This document shows, piece by piece, positions 50,270 through 62,510 of a DNA stretch of 64,000 bases; positions within the stretch are counted from its first letter, which is position 1, and every line of letters begins with the position of its first letter. Under the pieces are notes generated by a model. The model was not told where the DNA came from and searched no databases. It saw only the letters and a list, made by a program, of their open reading frames with translations. The translations under genes and the position numbers were made by a program. The DNA comes from Asterias rubens (Eukaryota): the NCBI RefSeq assembly GCF_902459465.1, contig NC_047071.1, positions 13,454,001 to 13,518,000 on the forward strand, given 5' to 3'.

Positions 50270-50470
50270 CTGCGATCCACCCTTTAATCGTTTCTCCCTA
50301 CAGGGCCGCTTCGTACATCCGCTGATAGTTCCGGTGATACTCCGGTTTCCCGCCCTCAAGGAGGACGGTCGCCATGGCAACGTCGTCACGTGACTTCACC
50401 ATCGCAGTCAACGTTCGCGTGCCCTAAATATACCTGACCCCGACAGAGAGTGCTGTAGAAGACGTCTGCT
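50270..50470. promoter_or_regulatory. Promoter-like CpG patch with adjacent RFX X-box and USF/MiT E-box
   Basis: GTCGCCATGGCAAC (50368-50381), GTCACGTGAC (50385-50394), TTCCGG motifs upstream. Confidence 0.5.
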
Positions 50471-50565
50471 ACTGATGCGCATTTTTGTTTGTGATTATGT
50501 AAGAAGATGACATCATTATGACGCGTCTTATTGTTTCAAAAACAGAAACGGGTTGTGATGTAGAC

Positions 50566-50922
50566 TTAAAGTTACTGGACACTTTGGCAATTACTTAAGA
50601 ATATATACATTAGCATACAAACTTACTTGGTAATGAGCAATGGAGAGCTGTTGATAGTTAAAACATTGTGAGTAATGGCTCCCTCTCCTGAAGTGACTTA
50701 GTTTTGAGGAATATTTTTGAATCTTGGAAAAGGCCTTTCTCAGGCATTTGAAAACACACCAATTTGTGTAACAGGGGTGTTTTTTCTTCCTTCATTTTCT
50801 TGCAACTTCGGTGACCAATTTAACACAAATTCTCACAGGTTTGTTATTTTATACATAATGTTAGGATACATCAAGTGAGAAAACAGGTCTTTGACATTTA
50901 CCAAAGGTGTCCGATGCCTTCA
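50566..50922 (-). mobile_element. Diverged Kolobok-type MITE
   Basis: TTAAAGTTACTGGACACTTTGG start; shared body. Confidence 0.7.
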
Positions 50923-51002
50923 AGATAAGTTCAAGACGCAATCTGATTTATGCTGTGTAATCTTGTAATTTGCACAGTAAGATAATTTTGAATTATCTTA
51001 AA

Positions 51003-51018
51003 AGGTCAAACGAGGTCA
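51003..51018 (+). promoter_or_regulatory. Perfect DR4 nuclear-receptor element
   Basis: AGGTCA-aacg-AGGTCA. Confidence 0.4.
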
Positions 51019-52842
51019 TTCTGCGACTCCGTCAATCGCGAAGTAAGTTTGAGATCGTGTGACAAGAATGACGCTTCACAACATCCAATCACATGGCGAT
51101 ATTCAATCCGGTTACTTTTTTGATCTGAAATTCTATGATATCAAAAACTTAACCCCACAATTTGGGTTTATTATTAGCTTTGAAATCAATTAGCTAATTA
51201 ATATGTAAATCTGTATCATTACTTGTTCCCTTTTTTCCAAAACTATAGAAATCTTACTCCAAGAACTTTTGATGAAATTTAGCTTTTTATAAAGCGAAAT
51301 ATAAAATGATAAATTAGTTTTTAAATAATAAATCATCATAGTAATTAATATAATTACTATTATTAATGTTATTATTTCATGACATTAGCATCCAAAATAA
51401 AGACCACCTATTCCTTGGTGCCGGTATAACTCTTCACGTCAGGCTGTACACTAATAGTATATATTAATAGTATATGCCTATCATGACTGTTATTTATGTA
51501 GTTGTTTGTTTATGTACTAATGAATTCGTATATTCATGTATTCATTATTTGTTTTATAAATTATTTGTTTCTTTATTTATGTGCGCGTATCATGAGTGAT
51601 TGATTAAAAGTTAGCTCTCAGTTTTTGTACAAACTTTGTTGTGTGTTAATTCTTTACCGTGAGTTTTAGTTTGGTGTTCCTGTGTACCAAGTTATTTGAT
51701 ATAATTACTTCTTTTGAAAGGTGATTAAAGGTACATTAAAGGAATTGTGGAAAGCAAAGTGTCTCAAGTGAAGCGCGGGTACTCTATTGTTTTCACGGGA
51801 TTTTGATGTTGAATAAACGCTAAAGTTGATTTTGGAGTTCTATTGTTGATCATGTAGTGTGGCATTTAATTTACACTGTTATACTCATGCGCACGCTCAT
51901 TGCAAACAAAACATGACGGCTGTTTTGTTTCCTCATGTGTAAAGACAACGGCTAATTCATGTAGGTAACTTAGTTTAACCATATTTATTTATCCAATAAA
52001 GATTGTTCATGCCGAGCTGTATACTTTTCAAAACTCAGTGATAATTTACAGGTAATTTTGTACCACCGGGAAAGAAATTGTGATTTATCCGATTTAATCG
52101 GGGAGTTTTTAAAGGAAAACAAATCCTGATTTCTTCTTTTCAAAAGCAAAATTATCACCAGACAGTGATGGATAATTGATTAATTAATTCAACACAAGAT
52201 TTGGTGTTATTATTATTACCTTTTTAAAGCTGAGCTGAACTTGTTTACGCCGAGAAAAATTCTCTCGTAGGTATAATTATTAGCTGATCCAATCTAAGAA
52301 ATTCCTGTTGGCAATTGATTATAATAAGTAACTCCTAATCGAATCGAATCTGGATAGATGTGCGCGGTTTTTTTTTTTCTTTCTTTCAAGAAACACGATT
52401 TCAGAGGATTAGAAAACAGATTATGACATTATGATTGTGGATTTTTATGCAACAGCGACGAAATAAAATTAAGAGTGTGTTCACCCTGTGGTCGTTCTTT
52501 GGACTGCTGGTAAGAGCAGTTCTATACAACAAAGGACCACCATCGGCAAGTTTTTTATTGTCATTGCATCATGCAGTTGTTTTACTCTTTTAGAACGCAG
52601 TGGCCGTTATAATTCTATGCTACCCCCCCCCACCGTTCCTCCCCCCCCCCCCAATAAAAAAAAATAAAAAATAAAATTACTGGTATTCCAATGAAAACAC
52701 AATCACACACCAGGGTACTTTTAGCAACTATGGCTTATCCAACACGGTTTTCTTTGTCCTAGTGGTACCCTTCAGAGAAAAGGGGGAAAGGAACATCACT
52801 ATAGCAGGACCCCACCGGATTTTTAAATGTTTGTGTATTTTA

Positions 52843-53207
52843 GGGGCAGTGGACACCCTATTGGTAATTACTCAAAATACTTGGTAACTAGTAATGGGGA
52901 GAGGTTGGTAGTATAAAACATTGTGAGAAACGGCTCCTTCTGAAGTAACGTAGTTTTCGAGAAAGAAGTAATTTTCCTCGAATTTGATTTCGAGACCTCA
53001 GATTTACAATTTGAGGTCTCAAAATCAAGCATCTGAAAGCACACAACTTCGTGTGACAAGGGTGTTTATTCTTTCATTATTATCTCGCAACTTCGACGAC
53101 CAAATTAGCTCAAATTTTCACAGGTTTGTTATTTTGTGCATATGGTGAGATACCCCAAGTGAAAAGACTGGTCTTTGACAATTACCAATAGTGTCCAGTG
53201 TCTTTAA
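52843..53207 (-). mobile_element. Kolobok-type MITE
   Basis: Both TIRs recognisable; TTAA at the right end. Confidence 0.8.
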
Positions 53208-53364
53208 GGGTAAAATATTGAGATCCGGAGCAAATTAAAGTAGTCTTAGATACAAATCAAGATCATCGTTTTAGACCATGGAATTATTGTTAAAATTTAA
53301 TTTCAAGCAGAAATGATACATGGTTGTAAAATGTTTTGACCCAAAAGTAAAAAGTTTACCTATG

Positions 53365-53432
53365 AAGCGGGCTTTGAACCAACGACCTCCGGTTAAACGT
53401 ACCGGCGCTCAACTGTGAGCTCTCCAGCCCTA
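53365..53432 (-). mobile_element. tRNA-derived SINE head fragment
   Basis: Minus strand GAGCGCCGGTACGTTTAACCGGAGGTCGTTGGTTCAAAGCCC: tRNA-like with a B-box, degenerate. Confidence 0.55.
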
Positions 53433-53602
53433 GGTTTTTCTTGAGTGACACAAGTAATAAACAATTGTATTTGTTAATAAACTAATTTCACTGAAAATTG
53501 GGTGGAATTATCTTTCACCGAAAACACAAAATAATGTTTTTGAGACGCACCGGCAAGCAACTTGAATATGCAATTCTAAACCTCCCAGTCAGATTGCAAT
53601 CT

Positions 53603-53985
53603 TTAGAGACACTGGACACTATTGGTAATTGTCAAAGGCTAGACTTCAGAGTTGGTGTATCTCAACATATGCATAAAATAACAAACCTGTGAAAATTTGA
53701 GCTCAATCGGTCATCGAAGTTGTGAGATATTAATGAAAGAAAAAAATACTATTGTCACACGAAGTTGTGTGCTTCAGATGGTTGATTTCGAGACCTCAAG
53801 TTCTAAATCTGAGGTCTCGAAATCAAACTCGTGGAAAGTTACTTCTTTCTCGAAAACTACATTACTTCAGAGGGAGCCGTTTCTCAGAATGTTTGATACT
53901 ACCAACTCCCCATTACTCGTTACCAAGAAAGGTTTTATGCTAATGATTATTTTGAGTAGTTACCAATAGTGTCCGCTGCCTTTAA
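53603..53985 (+). mobile_element. Kolobok-type MITE
   Basis: Both TIRs; central hairpin intact. Confidence 0.83.
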
Positions 53986-54464
53986 AACTTATCATTTTTA
54001 CATTGTACAGGCAGTGGTTTTTTTATGTAAGAATTTGGTTATAGTTTCAGATATCGTTTTTGGCCACACGACAAGAGACGAAAAATCTTGTCCCACACCA
54101 TGCACCCCTAAGGGAGGTTACAATCCGATAGAATCAAACCGGCCTTCCGTCACTCATATCAGAAATCGACCGTGTTTGAGTCAACTACGGGAGAGGGGTC
54201 AAGAAGCCAGTATCTCAGGGCCCCTGTGGGGGTGCAGAGAGGAGGGTGAGAGGAGGCGTAGGGCTGAGGAGGGATGGAGAGGGGGGACGGGGGGCAATGG
54301 CCGGCCGGGCGACCTCTCCAATGATCACACTGATAATAATATTGCTCGTTGTCTCGTCTTACCCATAGTCCAATATCATTTTCAAAATTTGTTCTTATAT
54401 CATAACCTATCAATATGAAGTCATGTTTCGAACTGCTTCAAAATGTCAACGGCAGGGCTGACAC

Positions 54465-54852
54465 TTAAAGGCAGTGGACACTATTGGTAATTACTCAAAA
54501 TAATTATTAGCATAAAACCTTACTTGGTGACAAGTAATGGGGAGAGGTTGATGGCATAAAACATTGTGAGAAACGGCGCCCTCTGAAGTGCCATAGTTTT
54601 CGAGAAAGAAGTAATTTTCCACGAATTTGATTTCGAGACCTCAGATTTAGAACTTGAGGTCTCGATATCAACCATCTAAACGCACACAACTTCGTGTGAC
54701 AAGGGCTATTTTTCTTTCATTATTATCTTGCAACTTCGATGACCGATTGAGCTCAAATTTTCACAGGTTTGTTATTTTACGCATATGTTGAGATACACCA
54801 ACTGTGAAGGCTATAGTCTTTGACAATTACCAATAGTGTCCAGTGTCTTTAA
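54465..54852 (-). mobile_element. Full-length Kolobok-type MITE
   Basis: TTAA flanks, both TIRs. Confidence 0.87.
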
Positions 54853-55666
54853 AGGAGGCAACGAAGGCGATTGCCCCATTCCCCTGGTCATTGCCTTGGT
54901 GCCCTTGAAATGCTCCAATAAAAGTTTAAAGGGTGCCCTTTACCAAGGAGAAAATGACTTGGTGCCCTCGTGCCCTTTCAAAAACTAAACATACAGGCAT
55001 GCAACGATGATGCGTATACAGTGAACGTGTGTAGTTTGAAAGAAACTGACGAAGATTTGATGCACACAAAACATGTCTTTAACAATGACAATAGCTTTGG
55101 GCGACACACAATGCCGCATGCAACTTGGTTGCAATAAAAATGTGCCTGGTCCAACTTGGTTAATTTTGAACTCGGAGGTGAAATGCAAGACATGTCATCA
55201 GCATCAATAATGTATTCAAAGAGAGCTGACGTCACGATCTGGTAACCACTGATTACCAGTTGCCTGTATTGCCGATTAGTCACTGACATTGCATAGTATA
55301 CCAGGAACGTTCTCGCCATCATTGCATGGGTTAGGGAGACTGTGTTACACATAGTGGCGTAGTAAGGTGGAGTGGAATCGCGCCCTAAATGGTTAACCGT
55401 GCCCCTTCCATGTGCACCCCCCCCCCCCCCCACCACACACACACACACATTTCAAATATGGTCTTTTGGGATTGGAAATCTCCAGACTTTTCGTTTTAAC
55501 AAGTCTTTTTCCACTTACACGCAGACAATTTATTTAACGCCAGATTATCTTATAACACTAAGGCTTTTTTAAGAAAAAGGCGACTGAAACCTGCCCTAAA
55601 AAGGTGCACCCCTTATGCCCCCTAAAAGGATGTTACTTCCCCTCACATCACTATATCTTCCGCACT

Positions 55667-55995
55667 CCCTTACCACCGGTCTTTAGTTCTTGATCATCAA
55701 TCTAGGTTGGACCTAAAATACTAACCCCCCCCCCCTCCCATCAACACATTTTCCTCCCACCCTTACCACCGGTCTTTAGTTCTTGGTCATCAATCTAGAT
55801 TGGACCCAAGCCACTACCCCCCCCCCCTCCCTTTATGTCCCTTTCTCCCTCCCTTACCACCGGTCTTTAGTTCCTGGTCATCAATCTTGGTTGGACCCAA
55901 GCCACTACCCCCCCCCCCTCCCATTACTGTATCTCCCCCTTAACATTGATCTTTAACCTAGACTGGATCCCAGCCTTCCTTACCACCAATCTTTG
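55667..55995. repeat. ~92-bp tandem repeat x3 plus a partial copy, each with a poly-C run
   Basis: CCCTTACCACCGGTCTTTAGTTC at 55667, 55760 and 55851. Confidence 0.85.
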
Positions 55996-56379
55996 TTTCT
56001 TTGAGGCAATATTGATTTGGGTAAAAACACTAGACAGTTGTTACCTTCGCAATTATCTTCAATTCTGTACAAAATGCTTTTAGGTGCTAGTATGATTTTT
56101 TGTTAATAAAACCTTTAAAACACATTTTGTTTATTAATTTGACATAATTTCCATGGCTATTAAAACTATACTGTCGCTAATTGTCATAATTATGTTCTTA
56201 TTTTTTCCCCAATAAAACATGTCAACAACTTCTCCACAAAAAACTGTTAGCCCGCAACTCACATCTTGTTCAAAAATAAATTCATAAATAAAAGTGACCG
56301 AGGAAAACAGTGTACACATTATTGTTATATTGAACAGTAAAAATTAATAAGCAACATGCTACCTGCTACCCACCACGGT

Positions 56380-56900
56380 TTTTTTTTTCCAAGTTTAAAC
56401 TGACAGTTTGGACATGGAGGTGTTGAACAGACATGACTTGCGGCAAGAGAGAACGACTGGAAATTAGCGCTGATCCCCGGTCGGCCAGTGACCCATGGAC
56501 ACGCTGAAGGACAGAGTGGTTTTGCCGCACTCAACGATCTCCGGTGTGCAAAACACCCTAAATTACACCTGATAACCGCACAATCACGAAAAACAATAGC
56601 CGGGTTAGTTGATCTTAATTGGTCTCGGAAGGGGATAATTATGGCCCCAGTCAAAACCCTTTCGCTGTTTACTAACAAGTCTATTAGGTTTGAACGCAAC
56701 TTGGTGGGTTGTTGTCCACTCAGCGGGGCATCGCACCCGGCTTTGACCGGGCGATCGGCACGTTTGCTCCGGCCACTTTGGGGCTTGGATCACGCTTCGT
56801 TCATTTTCTTACCCGTCTACCTTTACTCATAGGATCGATGGGTTTGCTTTTAGCGGGGGCGACGGAGGGGGGTAACGGGTACGAGGCACGTGCCGGGATA
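56380..56900. promoter_or_regulatory. Candidate enhancer island
   Basis: CpG-rich, non-repetitive; AACAATAG (Sox), TAATTGG/TAATTATGG (homeodomain), TGTTTAC (Fox), CTGATAA (GATA). Confidence 0.3.
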
Positions 56901-57573
56901 CAGTTGGCAAAATCTTTCATCTCTCAAGTCATGCTATATAGGTTTATGGCTTATCAAATTGACAAGATAATTACAAGGTGTTTTGACTACGGTCTTGGTA
57001 ACATTAACTTCGGTACAAAAAAATTGATTTTACAATTTGGTATGAAAACACTTCCAACTTGTAAAAAGTGCATATATCGTATGCGGACTGATCATTTGAT
57101 AAATCGTTATTGTCTAACTAGGAAAGTATAAATCGTTTGGTTGTAGTTGTTTCTTTATCACGTACAATGCTCAGGTTACCAACTGAAGTTCCACCAGGCG
57201 TATTATCTTAAGTCATATTCATTTTGTTGTGCTGAATATCAACTGTCTTTGTTATTTACCGTCTAAGCTAAAAGAAATCTACCACTACCAGACGAAGTGT
57301 GTTATGAGGATGATGGAATATTGTGTATAGTCTTACACCAAAGTGACAGCTGAAAACCAGTGCGGTTCTACACGTTTCAAGGATCTAGTACTTGTCGGCA
57401 TGCTGACACTATTTAATTAAGTACAGTGGAGAGTAAAAGAGGGTCTGAATCGTACACAACATTATTGCAGTTAACTATATTACAAAGCGTGGTGGGTGGC
57501 CACACCCATGTCACGAGAGGGCACTGTTTCCTCCCTGTACGTCATCTATTGTACAAAGTGACAATTAAACAAC

Positions 57574-57730
57574 TTAAGAGAGGTTTGCGGTACTGATCGA
57601 AACGTTGAGTTGTCAACTACCGGACGGGTTCTTTTTACCACCACTACTCAAAAAGAGATATCCACACGATGATTCGTAAACCTCTCTTAGTTATACTTCC
57701 AACATGGAAAGTTTCAAATCCTTACTGTTT
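57574..57730 (+). mobile_element. Internally deleted relative of the 8854-9069 Penelope-like insert
   Basis: Retains the ACTGATCGAAACGTTGAG hammerhead 3' half, an enclosing inverted repeat AAGAGAGGTTTGCG / CGTAAACCTCTCTT, and the ACATGGAAAGTTTCAAA tail similar to ACCATGCAAAGCTTCAAA. Confidence 0.55.
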
Positions 57731-59704
57731 AAACAGTATACACATAATCAACACCAGGAAAGTTATTACGCCGTTAAGCATTACTCAACTTCAGATAAAA
57801 CAGACGGGTTAGGTGTTGTTGAAAACCGGTGAACCCCTATAAGTGTTCAATTAAGTTAGACAAAATACAATTCCCAGCTATCCCACTCCAAACTTTCCAC
57901 AAACGTATTTTTTTTTATTTCCAGCAATAAAACTTTCAAAATGGAAAAAAAAAATCCAAAATGAAGCATGGGCCCATTTTATAAATTGAATTTCCAGGCA
58001 GATTCCATTTAATCCCCACCAGTCATTCGATACGCCACCAGACCGGCCACCTTCATCCCCCGTAAATGGCGCACATTTTCCCCGTTGATTCTATTTTCCC
58101 CCGGAAACCAAAAACTGACAACTCTGGAAATATCAGCCGGTTTTTAGATTCAATCAATGGCGCATTAGTTATCGTCCGTGCGTTTGTACAGCGTAAGCCC
58201 TCTCCTTGTTATCAGGTCTTATTGACGCTGCGTTTTTTGGCGGCAAAATTCCCGCCAAATCCGCAAATACACGAAGCTCTTGCGTTGCTTTGTCCCCTGC
58301 GATTCGTGGTGCTATCCCCTTGTGATAGAGTCCTTTAGTCCGATGCACCAGTACTATACTGTTTACACGAGCGTCAAAAACGAGAACAAAATCAGTATAT
58401 GAAGAGCTTCAATAATCCAACTAAACATTGGAAACACAAGTGCTCGCCAAAGTTGAGGATAACAATTCTTACAAACAAGGGCTTAGAAACTAAATTAGTT
58501 GAGTGTGTTTTTGAATGGGCAGGTGTTTAGGTTTGAGACCAGTTCGCGCGCCTTTGTCATCCGCGTGGATGATTTGCATATTATGTAGCGGTAATACAAC
58601 CTGCACTGGTGATCCCGGTGCAGTCTTGCACGTTCGAACTAGAACAAACAGTACAGGCAAACCCATGACGATTGCATACTATATTTGTCAATACAACTGA
58701 AGACAAATCCTTCCTATTTTTCAACTTTTTTGTAAAAGAATCAACAGTTATTCCGAATCTTAACTGTATTGTTTTCTAGTTGTTTTATACTTAATAAGTT
58801 TCTCTGGTGATATCTGCCGGAACAAATTTCAAGTGTCCTTAAAACTTGAACTAATACGTACGATAAAAAACCCATTACTGGATCACAAATTGTCTAGTCG
58901 GTCCAAACACAACTAAATACATCTACACGGGTACAACCCGAAATGAATAAGCACATCTAGACCATCACAGCAATATTGGTCTAACAGATTCTCAGAATTT
59001 CTTGCACACAGTCTCATTACAAAGTAGAGACTTCCTTTCTATGTAATTGATAACTTTCTTGACGCGGAACGCACAGAGTCTCGGTTTTTGATACTTTTTG
59101 TAGTTTTTGCCCATAACATGAATCTATACTCACTCTGAATGAAGATGTATGTAACATAATTTACCTGTAAAAGTTTCAGCTTTATTTATCGTCAAGTGTT
59201 TGAGAAAAAAAAAGTGAAAATCACAAAGCAATGTTTTCAGGATAATCGCACGCGAATAAGTATTCACATGCGTAAACACTTTGTACATGTTAAATTAATT
59301 TTCGTCTCCTGAGACGAAATTTTCTGTCGTGACATTGTTTCACTCATATCTCAAGAAACTACAGCACCTCAGCAAGTAAATTCTAAGGGAAGCTATCTGC
59401 AATTATTATCTTCAAACCGTTTAGGTTAAATATAAATTTGTGGACATTATGTTTTGTGTCGTACGAAAAGTACACAGACTCTTTAACAACTTATCACAAT
59501 CGCGAAGAGAAATGGCAGTTTGCATATAAAAAAAAATCACTCGAAGGTATCTGACAAGCTTTCCACTATCTCCACTTCCTCCAAATTCATGAATTTATAC
59601 GATATGATACAATTATTCGTCAAAATCTGGTTTACTCTTGAGTTCGCAAAAAGGATCGATGTCCATTTAAAGAACCAAAATGCCATCAATATCAGAACGT
59701 AGCC

Positions 59705-60165
59705 ACGAGCCCGGATTCTGGTGCTTTAGACGCAGGGGGTTCAAGGGGAGCACCCCTTATGTCTGGACGGAGAACTTGGGGTACATGAACAAAAGAGCTA
59801 ACCTTAAAATACGAGCCTTGTTTATGGTGCTTTAGAAAAAAGGGTTCAAGGGGGAGCACCCCATGTCTGGACGGAGAGGTGGGGTACAGTGAGCATGGCG
59901 TTTGGAAGCAGTGGGGTCAAGGGGAGCACCCCTCATGTCTAAACAGAGAGATGGGGTACAGTGAGACTAGGAGCTATCCTTAAAATACGAGCCTGGATTT
60001 TGGTGTTTGGAAGCAGGGGGTTCGGAGGGAGAGGTGGGGGTATGATGAACAGAGGAACTATATCCTTAAAACACGAGGCTGGATTTTGGTGTTTGGAAGC
60101 AGGGGGTTCAAGGGGGAGCACCTGTCATATCTGGACGGACGGGGAGGTGGGGTACGATGAACTAA
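59705..60165. repeat. G-rich irregular ~80-110-bp tandem repeat
   Basis: Recurring GGGGTTCAAGGGGAGCACCCC..TGTCTGGACGGA..GGGGTAC. Confidence 0.8.
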
Positions 60166-60229
60166 ACAAAACACTTTGTTCAAAACTCATTACAAATTTT
60201 TAGAACCCAAATGCTATCAATATCAGAAA

Positions 60230-60990
60230 CGGGTCACCATGAGAGAGGGGGTAACCGTAAGGGAGGGGTCACCATAAGGGAGGGGGTGACCATAAGGGAG
60301 GGGTCATCATAATGAAGGGGGTCACCATAAGGGATGGGGTCACCATAAGGGAGGGGGTCACCATAAGGGAGGGGGTCACCATAAGGGAGGGGGTCACCAT
60401 AAGGGAGGGGGTCACCATAAGGGAGGGGGTCACCATAAGGGAGGGTGTCACCATAAGGGAGGGGTCACCATAAGGGAGGGGTCATCATAATGAAGGGGGT
60501 CACCATAAGGGATGGGGTCACCATAAGGGAGGGGGTCACCATAAGGGAGGGGGTCACCATAAGGGAGGGGGTCACCATACGGGAGGGGGTCACCATACGG
60601 GAGAGGATCACCTTAAGGGAGAGGGTCACCATAAGGGAGGGGGGTCACCATAAGGGTGTGGGTCACCATAATGAAGGGGGTCACCATAAGGGAGGGGGAC
60701 ACCATAAAGGAGGGGGTCACCATAAGGGAGGGGGTCACCATAAGGGAGGGGGTCACCATAAGGGAGGGGGTCGCCATAAGGGAGGGTGTCACCATACGGG
60801 AGGGGGTCACCATACGGGAGTTGACGGGAGGGGGTCACCATACGGGAGAGGGTCACCATACGGGAGAGGGTCACCATACGGGAGAGGGTCACCATAAGGG
60901 AGAGGGTCACCATAAGAGAGGGGGTCACCATTAGGGTGTGGGTCACCATAAAGGGAGGGGGTCACCATAAAGGGAGGGGGTCACCATAAC
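60230..60990. repeat. 18-bp G-rich minisatellite, ~42 copies
   Basis: Unit GGGTCACCATAAGGGAGG. Confidence 0.95.
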
Positions 60991-61438
60991 CCCAAAGTTT
61001 GTTTAGCATGCGGACCTCAGCGTAAACCAAGTGTTGCGGACCTTAGTGTTGAGGCGGGCAAATAGGGGGGAGTAACTATTGCCCCGGTTGCTAGATCAGA
61101 TAGTAACATACAAGGACCTGCTTCAATGTCAGGATATTTTAGTATAAAACAATATGAACATCATAAAAGCGACACATTGTTTAGATGTTACATCAAACGA
61201 TTTTTGATTTCTGGGTCATGGAAAACACAGGCATTGCGCGCCGAGTTGCCATACAAGGTATGTTACAATGCGACTACACGAATATTTTTTTATGACCGAT
61301 TGAATAACATCAAAGGGCATACATAATAGCTTCATATAACACACGATAGGCATACACTCCATCATACACCATAAGCTACTTTTTGTAAGAAACATCAGTG
61401 AGATGAGTTCGCGACGACAAACTCGTTTTTCGTTGCCC

Positions 61439-61824
61439 TTAAAGGCAGTGGACACTACTGGTAATTGTCAAAGACTAGCCTTCACAGTTGGTGTATCTCA
61501 ACATTTGCATAAAATAACTAACCTGTGAAAATTTGAGCTCAATCGGTCATCGAAGTTGCGAGATAATAATGAAAGAAGAAAACACCCTTGTCACACGAAG
61601 TTGTGTGCGTTTAGATGGTTGATTTCGAGACCTCAAGTTCTAAATCTGAGGTCTCGAAATCAAATTCGTGGAAAATTACTTCTTTCTCGAAAACTATGGC
61701 ACTTCAGAGGGAGCCGTTTCTCACAATGTTTTATACTATTAACCTCTCCCCATTACTCGTCACCAAGAAAGGTTTTATGTTAATATTTATTTTGAGTAAT
61801 TACCAATAGTGTCCATTGCCTTCA
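61439..61824 (+). mobile_element. Full-length Kolobok-type MITE
   Basis: TTAA|AGGCAGTGGACACTACTGGTAATT ... AATTACCAATAGTGTCCATTGCCT. Confidence 0.85.
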
Positions 61825-62204
61825 AGGGTGTAGGTTGACTCGCTGAATATTTAAACTGGGCGGTATGGTGATTTCAAATGGACCTATGAGACCAAGCTAT
61901 CATGTTTTGTTTTGATGAAAAATTGTATAATAAAGTGATATTTTGCTTCATCAGAGAGTTTACCGTCATTTAAGAAAGACGGTGAATCAAAGTGTCTCTT
62001 CAGACTTCCTTCGGGTCAAACCACAGTATTCATAGCATGTGCTCATTTCCACCGCCAAAAAAGCAACAAATTTCAGTGAAAGTACAATACATAATTTAAT
62101 ATATGCTAAATATAGATCAGGAATAAATAAAATTTTATTTTGGTTTTTCCCTTACACCGACGTGTTTTAGCACTGTATACGATTTCTGTGAAAATGGTCT
62201 AGTG

Positions 62205-62510
62205 TAGTAAAGTATAATAGAAAGTATATCGATTATACTAAATTCGTCCAGTTTGTTTTTAACATCATGACAGTATGGCCTACCTTAAGCTATGGTACTG
62301 CCCGCGAAGAAACCGCATTGGGTGTAGATTCGTCTAGACTATTGGTTCTTTACCAAATACTATAGTATAGCATAATATATACTACAGAATAGTATAGAAT
62401 AGTATAAAGTATAACGATTTAATGGAGTTCGTCCAGTTTGTTTTTAACACGTGGCAGGAGTGTACCTTTAGCACCGGTATACTGCCCGTGATGAAACCTC
62501 ATTTAGTAAC
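62205..62510. repeat. Local direct duplication (~110-bp unit, ~200-bp period)
   Basis: TTCGTCCAGTTTGTTTTTAACA..TACCTT..TACTGCCCG..GAAACC..ATT occurs twice. Confidence 0.7.

Noticed and set aside
53969-54418. 149-aa ORF, plus others at 34799-35200, 56709-57131 and 62852-63523
   Set aside because: No recognisable domain or consistent exon structure; lengths are within chance for GC-richer patches.
60269-60949. Repetitive ORFs (MVTPSL, REGVTI, GGGHHK, YGDPLP)
   Set aside because: All six frames of an 18-bp minisatellite.
10087-61809. Recurrent short ORFs such as MVDFETSSSKSEVSKSNSWKITSFSKT / MRDNNERK..KLCAFR
   Set aside because: All are translations of the non-coding MITE body, with frame-breaking indels between copies; not a gene family.
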